NCBI GenBank assembly: GCA_903924465.1
Contig: CAIYBN010000137.1
Coordinates: forward strand, 2,606-66,605
DNA length: 64,000 nt
Source of the DNA: an uncultured Myxococcales bacterium
GTDB taxonomy: Bacteria; Myxococcota_A; UBA9042
Direction of reading: 5' to 3'
The notes under the pieces were generated by a model that was given only the letters and a program-made list of their open reading frames with translations, was not told the origin of the DNA and ran no database searches. The position numbers and the translations under genes are program-made. Numbering within the stretch: position 1 is the stretch's first letter; the number at the start of each line of letters is the position of its first letter. Positions 55,129-64,000 of this stretch are shown here, piece by piece.

Positions 55129-55848
55129 TTAGGTGTGTGTGCCAGCACCGCGATTGATCGTTGGTACAGTCGTTTCAGGTACGGCAACGCCGGCGTGGTT
55201 CTCGGCCTCCGACAGCGCAAGATAGCGCGGCGCCAAGGCGAGCGGCACGACTTCCGGGTGTGCGATGTACCAGCGGCCCATTGTTTCTGCTTGCGGGTAG
55301 GCGTCGACAATCCGCGCGCCTTCCGCCTCGGCCAATCGCGTCAGCGCGCGATTGCGGTCGCCGGTGGGCACGCCGAGAACGTCCGGTCGCGCTTGCTGCC
55401 ACCACGCGCGTGCGTCCGCTGCCGCCAGCGCCTGTTCGCTCCAAACGCCCGGTTGGCGCAGGCCCACGAAATCCACGTCGGCCCGCGCGGGCAAGGCAAC
55501 GGCGAGCGACTGCCCTGGGGCGATCGCGTCACGAAGCGACCACGCCATGGCATCGAGCGAACCGACCCCGTGGCCTGGTATGCCGTGCGCCCAGGCGAGC
55601 GCGCGCGCCAACGCCAGCCCTTGGCGCAGACCGGTAAAACTGCCCGGCCCGATGTCGCAGACCACGCGCTGCAGGTCAGCCGGCTGCAGGGCCGCTTCGT
55701 CGAGCAGCTGCCACACCATCCGCGTCAAGCTCGCGCGCTGCCCCGTACCGCGACCCGCCTCGGCTTGCACGCCGCGGTGCCAGCCATCGTGGCGGTGGAG
55801 CCAGACGGCCCAGCGCTGCGTCGAAGTGGATAACGCGAGTAAATTCAT
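55129..55848 (-). CDS. tsaB: tRNA threonylcarbamoyladenosine biosynthesis protein TsaB
   Basis: LLALSTST, GPGSFTGLRQG, GVGSLDA, PRYL..SEAE. Confidence 0.88.
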   Translation of the reverse strand: MNLLALSTSTQRWAVWLHRHDGWHRGVQAEAGRGTGQRASLTRMVWQLLDEAALQPADLQRVVCDIGPGSFTGLRQGLALARALAWAHGIPGHGVGSLDAMAWSLRDAIAPGQSLAVALPARADVDFVGLRQPGVWSEQALAAADARAWWQQARPDVLGVPTGDRNRALTRLAEAEGARIVDAYPQAETMGRWYIAHPEVVPLALAPRYLALSEAENHAGVAVPETTVPTINRGAGTHT

Positions 55849-55851
55849 GGG

Positions 55852-57621
55852 TTAGCGAATCAGCCGCTCAATGTCGTTCTTCATCACGACCAGAAACAGC
55901 AAACCGAGAAAGGTCATCCCCACGTACGCGGCAATCTGCCGGGTCCGCAATTGCACCGGCCCGCGGCGAATCGCCTCGATGAGCAGGAACAGCAGATGGC
56001 CGCCATCGACCAGCGGAATTGGCAGGAGGTTGACGATGCCCAGGTTGATCGACAGGCCGGCCATCGTCACGAGAAAGGTCTCTGGACCCAGCTCGGCACT
56101 TTTGTTGGCAATTTGCGCGATAAACAGAGGCCCACCCACCTCGCGCACGGGTACGTCGCCTTTCAGCAGCCCTGCCAGCGTGCGAAACACCATTTCCGCG
56201 CCTTCCACAAACTTCTCGCCGGTCCACGTCAGCGCGGAACCGACCAACCGCGGATTGGCGATGAGCGGCGCCACCGTGTAGTCCGTTGCCGGCCCGATAC
56301 CGATCTGCGCGTGCGGCCTGTGCTCGGGGGAAACCTCGATGCCGAGCGTCAGCGGCGCGTCCAGCTCCACAAACGTCGGCTGGCCTGGCAGCGGCTGGCT
56401 CACCCGGCGCCGCAGGTGCAGCACATGCGGCTTGAGCACTTTGCGGGCCTCCGCGACGACGTCCTCGGGGCGACGGCCCTGATTCTCCTTTTTGCTCCGG
56501 ATGTCGTCAAACGGCCGCCGCAATTCTTCGTACAATTGCATGAGAGAAGTCAGCGGCTTGCCGTCCAGGGTCAGCAATTCATCGCCGGGAAGCAGGTGCG
56601 CTTGCGTCACCGCCGGCGTCGCCTTTTCCACCGAGCCCACGATGGCGCCCGGCGCCAGTAACCCGAGCCCCGCCATGTCGATCGCCGCCGCAGTCGGCAA
56701 CGGCAACCGCACGGTCGCATCGTTGTGCGGATGCTCCACCGCCTTGTCCAGCGTTTCGCCGCTCACTTCCGACTGCCAGCGCAGGTGGGACACGTGCAGC
56801 GCGATGGGCAGATTCAGCGTCAGCGCGTGGCGCAGGACATCGTCCAATTCATAGAAGCGCTCGACCGGCGTTCGTTTGCCGTCCACCTCGACCGCGCGCA
56901 CGCGATCGCCGCTTTGCACGCCCGCCAGCCAAGCAGGGGAATTCGGCGTCACGGACACGACGGAGGCTTCCGGCTGCGCGAGAACCTGAATCCGCCCGAC
57001 GTAGCGCACCAACCCGAGCTCCGGGATCATCTGGCGCTGGCGAATCGGCGTGACCAGGACGTCCCGCGCCTGGCCCGCGCGGAGAATGGAGAACTTCGTG
57101 AGTTTGCCTGGCCGCGCGGAAACGGCGTCGACCAGATCGTCAAATGTCGCGACGGCGTTGCCATCGATGGCGCGGATTTGGTCGCCCGTGCGTAAGCCCG
57201 CCAGCGCCGCTGGACCGCCCGGCACCACCGCGCCGACAACCGACGGGACGACTTGCTGGCGAAACGCCAGCGCGCTGCCGAACAGCACGACGAGCGGCAG
57301 GATGAAATTGAACAGCGGCCCCGCCCCAACGATCAGCGACCGCCGCCACACGGGCTTGGACGTGAAAGCATCGGGTTCATTGGCCAATTCTGGATCCGCG
57401 GGCGCGGAAGGATCGTCGCCCAGCATGCGCACAAACCCGCCCAACGGTAGCGCGCGGATGGCGTACTGGGTGCCGTTGCGCTGCCATTCCAGCACGACCG
57501 GTCCAAAGCCGATGGAAAACGACAGGACGCGGACGCCCATCCAACGGGCGACGACAAAGTGGCCGAACTCGTGGAAAAGCACGAGCGGCACGAGCATCAG
57601 AAGCGCGTAGAGGAGCGGCAT
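55852..57621 (-). CDS. rseP: RIP metalloprotease RseP (M50) with PDZ domains
   Basis: HEFGH, FSIGFGP, PLGGFVRM, AGPLFN, NLLPIPLVDGGH. Confidence 0.95.
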   Translation of the reverse strand: MPLLYALLMLVPLVLFHEFGHFVVARWMGVRVLSFSIGFGPVVLEWQRNGTQYAIRALPLGGFVRMLGDDPSAPADPELANEPDAFTSKPVWRRSLIVGAGPLFNFILPLVVLFGSALAFRQQVVPSVVGAVVPGGPAALAGLRTGDQIRAIDGNAVATFDDLVDAVSARPGKLTKFSILRAGQARDVLVTPIRQRQMIPELGLVRYVGRIQVLAQPEASVVSVTPNSPAWLAGVQSGDRVRAVEVDGKRTPVERFYELDDVLRHALTLNLPIALHVSHLRWQSEVSGETLDKAVEHPHNDATVRLPLPTAAAIDMAGLGLLAPGAIVGSVEKATPAVTQAHLLPGDELLTLDGKPLTSLMQLYEELRRPFDDIRSKKENQGRRPEDVVAEARKVLKPHVLHLRRRVSQPLPGQPTFVELDAPLTLGIEVSPEHRPHAQIGIGPATDYTVAPLIANPRLVGSALTWTGEKFVEGAEMVFRTLAGLLKGDVPVREVGGPLFIAQIANKSAELGPETFLVTMAGLSINLGIVNLLPIPLVDGGHLLFLLIEAIRRGPVQLRTRQIAAYVGMTFLGLLFLVVMKNDIERLIR

Positions 57622-57722
57622 GAACGATCGACTCGCAAAGTACAAAAATGCCCGCCCGATTCAGGCGGCCCACAGCATAGCACATGGGATGGATACTGCA
57701 TTCCCGATCCGTGATTTGCAGC

Positions 57723-59612
57723 ATGCGCCGAGCAGCGCTACAACCGTTCCGTCCGCGCAGGCGCGGATCGCAGGGGCGAGTGGTGGCAAGCGCGAGGCGA
57801 TGGGCGAAGTGGATTTGGCTGCCGGCCATCGGGCTTGGCTGCACCGCGAGTCCGTCGCGTTCGGCTGTCGGCGGCGTGGCGATTGTGTTCGCCGCGGAAC
57901 AAGGCAAGTCGGGCTGCCTCGCGACACAAAATGGCACGGGCAACTTGCCCTCTGGCGTTCCAGATCCGATTGACCGGTTGACGCTGAAGTGGTCAGAAGC
58001 CGACACAGGCAAGTCCGCAACGGCCAGCATCAGCGCGGCGGAGATCGCGTCGAACGGCACGTGGAACGTCGGCGTCCTGCCGGTTTCCAGCCAGTTGCAG
58101 CTGCAGGTCTATGCGTGCACCGCGGACGGACGCGTGCTGTGGTATGGCAAAGGCAGCGATTTCGTGGTCAAACAAGGCGAGGACACGACCGCGCAGGTGT
58201 TCATGACGCCGCCGGGCAAACTGGCGTGTATGGGCAGCAATCACAGCGGCGGTTCGCTGCAGACACCGCGCGGGTTTTCGGGCGGCGTCCTGCTGGCGAC
58301 AGGCACCGCCATCGTCGTGGGCGGTGCGGACAAGTGGGATGGCACGCCGCCGTTGGCCAAGGCCTCGAATGCCACCGACCTGTACAACTACAAACTGGGC
58401 ACCTGGCGCGCCGGGCCGCAGCTGAAAGCGCCGCGGATTTGGCCGCTCGTCCTGCCGTTGGATGCGACGCACGTGCTCGTGGCGGGTGGCAGCGCGCTCT
58501 TGACCGAAATTGATGCCAAGCAGCCGAAACTACCGCAGTTTCTGTTTGCGCCGGAGGATGTGTCCGCTGCCGATCCACCGTCCGAAGTACTGGAGATCCT
58601 GGCGGATTCGGCCACTTCAACGCCGGCGGTGACGGACATTGGCACAGGTGCGCGGCCATCGGGTGCGGCGACCGTTGCCGGGGACGCGATTGTGTTTGCC
58701 GGCGGTTTGGCAGCCGACCGTACGCCGTCGGCGACCGGCGCGCGTGTGCGCGGTCTTGCCGCCATTGCCGCCAATGCCACGGTGGGCACGCCGGAAGCGC
58801 TCAGCTTGGCCGCCGCGCGCGTTCAGCCGAACTTGCTGAGCTACGCCGATGGAACCGTCGTCGTTTGGGGCGGGCAGGTGTCTGGAAAGGCTGCGGATTT
58901 CGGCGAACTGATTTCCGCCAACGCCACGACGGGTTCGCCACTCAACGCCGTGGGCAGCGACATTGTCGACGATCCGAACGCCCAGGTTCTCGGGGCCGCC
59001 GCGGTCGTGCTGAGCGAACAGGGCGACTTGCTGACGTTTTTTGTCACAGGCGGAATTCTTGTCCATTCCGGCTGGGCGACCGGGACGCCGAGTTACCTTG
59101 TGGTCGTCGATCGCGCAGCCAAGTCGGCCACTTGCTACAAGCTGCCGACGGCGCTGGATACGGTTCTGCATGACGGGACGGTCCAGCCGCACAGCACGGC
59201 GCTGCCGGGCGGGATTGGCGTGGCGGTGGCACGCTTGGATGGCGGTTATCTGCTTGTGTCCGGAGGACTGCTCAGCCTGGGGCCGATCAGCCAAGGGGAC
59301 CCGCTGCAACTGTGCCAGGACCCAACGCAGACGCAAAATGGCTGTATGGTCAATGATTTTGTGCTGCTGGAGCCGCCTGTCCTGACCGGTGCGCAGGCGT
59401 CCGTGCGGGCGTTCAAGGTCGACGCGCTGTCGCCCATCGGTCCGCATTTTGGCCAGATTGCGCTGCCTTTGCCGGTTGGTGCGTTGCTGACGGGCGGGAT
59501 GCAAAGTGTCTCGCTTCCGGCGTCCGCGACCCTTCCGACCTTCGACGGGCTTGGGCAACTCATCTCCGCACCGTTTCCACCGGCTGCGAGTCAATCCGCC
59601 TGCCAACCGTAA
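57723..59612 (+). CDS. Kelch/beta-propeller-like exported (lipo)protein
   Basis: GLGC lipobox-like; repeated VLVxGG / IVFAGG / LLTGG kelch-type motifs; start uncertain. Confidence 0.65.
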   Translation: MRRAALQPFRPRRRGSQGRVVASARRWAKWIWLPAIGLGCTASPSRSAVGGVAIVFAAEQGKSGCLATQNGTGNLPSGVPDPIDRLTLKWSEADTGKSATASISAAEIASNGTWNVGVLPVSSQLQLQVYACTADGRVLWYGKGSDFVVKQGEDTTAQVFMTPPGKLACMGSNHSGGSLQTPRGFSGGVLLATGTAIVVGGADKWDGTPPLAKASNATDLYNYKLGTWRAGPQLKAPRIWPLVLPLDATHVLVAGGSALLTEIDAKQPKLPQFLFAPEDVSAADPPSEVLEILADSATSTPAVTDIGTGARPSGAATVAGDAIVFAGGLAADRTPSATGARVRGLAAIAANATVGTPEALSLAAARVQPNLLSYADGTVVVWGGQVSGKAADFGELISANATTGSPLNAVGSDIVDDPNAQVLGAAAVVLSEQGDLLTFFVTGGILVHSGWATGTPSYLVVVDRAAKSATCYKLPTALDTVLHDGTVQPHSTALPGGIGVAVARLDGGYLLVSGGLLSLGPISQGDPLQLCQDPTQTQNGCMVNDFVLLEPPVLTGAQASVRAFKVDALSPIGPHFGQIALPLPVGALLTGGMQSVSLPASATLPTFDGLGQLISAPFPPAASQSACQP

Positions 59613-59639
59613 CTTGATGAAGTTGCTGCGAGTGTATCC

Positions 59640-60578
59640 GTGCGCATTTCTCCCGAAAAGACATCGCTCCTGCGTGATCGCGACCGTGAACGCGGCGTTG
59701 AACGTCCGCGCCTGCCGCCGTGGCTGAAAGCGCCGCTGCCGGGTGGTGAACGCTATGCCGACATCAAGACGCGCCTGCGGACCCGCAAGCTGCACACGGT
59801 TTGCGAGGAGGCGCAGTGTCCCAACATCGGCGAGTGCTGGAATTCCGGCACGGCGACGCTGATGCTCATGGGCGAAGCGTGCACGCGGACGTGCCGGTTC
59901 TGCGCCGTCAAAAACAATCCCAAGCCGCCGGAGCTGGACGCGGACGAGCCGCGCAAGTCGGCGGAGCAAGTCCAGTTGATGGCGCTCGATTACGTCGTGC
60001 TGACCAGCGTGAACCGCGATGACCTGGCGGATGGCGGTGCCGGGCATTTCGCTGCGACGATCCAGGCCATCAAAGCGGCAAGTCCGCACACGCTGGTCGA
60101 GGTGTTGACGCCGGATTTCCAGGGCAAGCCGGAGCAGATTGCCGCCGTGCTGGACGGCGCGCCGGATGTGTTCGCTCACAACATCGAGACGGTTGCGCGC
60201 TTGACGCCATCGGTGCGCGATCGCCGCGCGACGTACCAGCAGAGCCTCGCTGTGCTGCAATTCGCCAAACAGCATCGGCCGCAGGTGGTGACCAAGTCCT
60301 CGATCATGCTGGGTTTGTCGGAGACGGACGAGGAAATTGATCAGGCGCTGCGGGATTTACGCGCGCACCACGTCGATGCCGTGACGCTCGGCCAGTACTT
60401 GCGGCCGTCGCCGTGGCACCTGGAGGTCGTCGCGTTCATCACGCCCGAGGCGTTTCAGCGCTGGCACGATCGCGCGATGGAACTGGGCTTTCTCTATTGC
60501 GCGTCAGGGCCGCTGGTGCGGTCGAGCTATCGTGCGGGCGAGCATTTCCTGAAGTCGTTGGTGCAGGAGCGGGCATAG
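59640..60578 (+). CDS. lipA: Lipoyl synthase
   Basis: LHTVCEEAQCPNIGECW, CTRTCRFC, HNIETV, GQYLRPS, GPLVRSSYRA. Confidence 0.96.
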   Translation: MRISPEKTSLLRDRDRERGVERPRLPPWLKAPLPGGERYADIKTRLRTRKLHTVCEEAQCPNIGECWNSGTATLMLMGEACTRTCRFCAVKNNPKPPELDADEPRKSAEQVQLMALDYVVLTSVNRDDLADGGAGHFAATIQAIKAASPHTLVEVLTPDFQGKPEQIAAVLDGAPDVFAHNIETVARLTPSVRDRRATYQQSLAVLQFAKQHRPQVVTKSSIMLGLSETDEEIDQALRDLRAHHVDAVTLGQYLRPSPWHLEVVAFITPEAFQRWHDRAMELGFLYCASGPLVRSSYRAGEHFLKSLVQERA

Positions 60579-60706
60579 GGATTGTGACAAAACTCGTCGA
60601 TCGATCGCAAACCTGTGTCACCGTGCGTATCGCCGCAGGCGGGCGCACTTGGCGACCCAGCGCCAATGCCAAGATAGGTAAGATGCTCTGTCACAGGCAC
60701 TTGGCC

Positions 60707-64000
<3,294 letters not shown>

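Overview
High-GC bacterial window with densely packed genes. Gene content (Cys-rich lipoproteins, PEGA, FHA and extended S41 proteins) suggests a Myxococcota/deltaproteobacterial genome; this is inference. About 49 CDS are supported. No rRNA, tRNA, CRISPR array or mobile element was recognised. Housekeeping genes include oppA/oppB-type, phoH-family, bamD, mlaE, moaA, cpoB, tsaB, rseP and lipA. The main finding is a tightly coupled minus-strand operon at 44818-54969, lying between tsaB and cpoB. Its order is: standalone PqqD/RRE, a 2378-aa Ig/FN3/FG-GAP surface lipoprotein, a 59-aa precursor-like peptide (YxxP leader, core SCPGGCVDCVDPQATGYQT), an HprK-like P-loop protein, a radical SAM/SPASM enzyme and a soluble S26-like peptidase. 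It looks like an uncharacterised RiPP-type modification system built around a giant surface protein. Other notable items are a MoaD/Ubl ending GG-C next to a degenerate-E1/JAB fusion, apparent pseudo-enzymes (HAD, HD-GYP), a tandem CcmH-like protein, and many disulfide-rich lipoproteins, one with a hierarchical repeat grammar. All calls come from motif reading only; no database searches were run.
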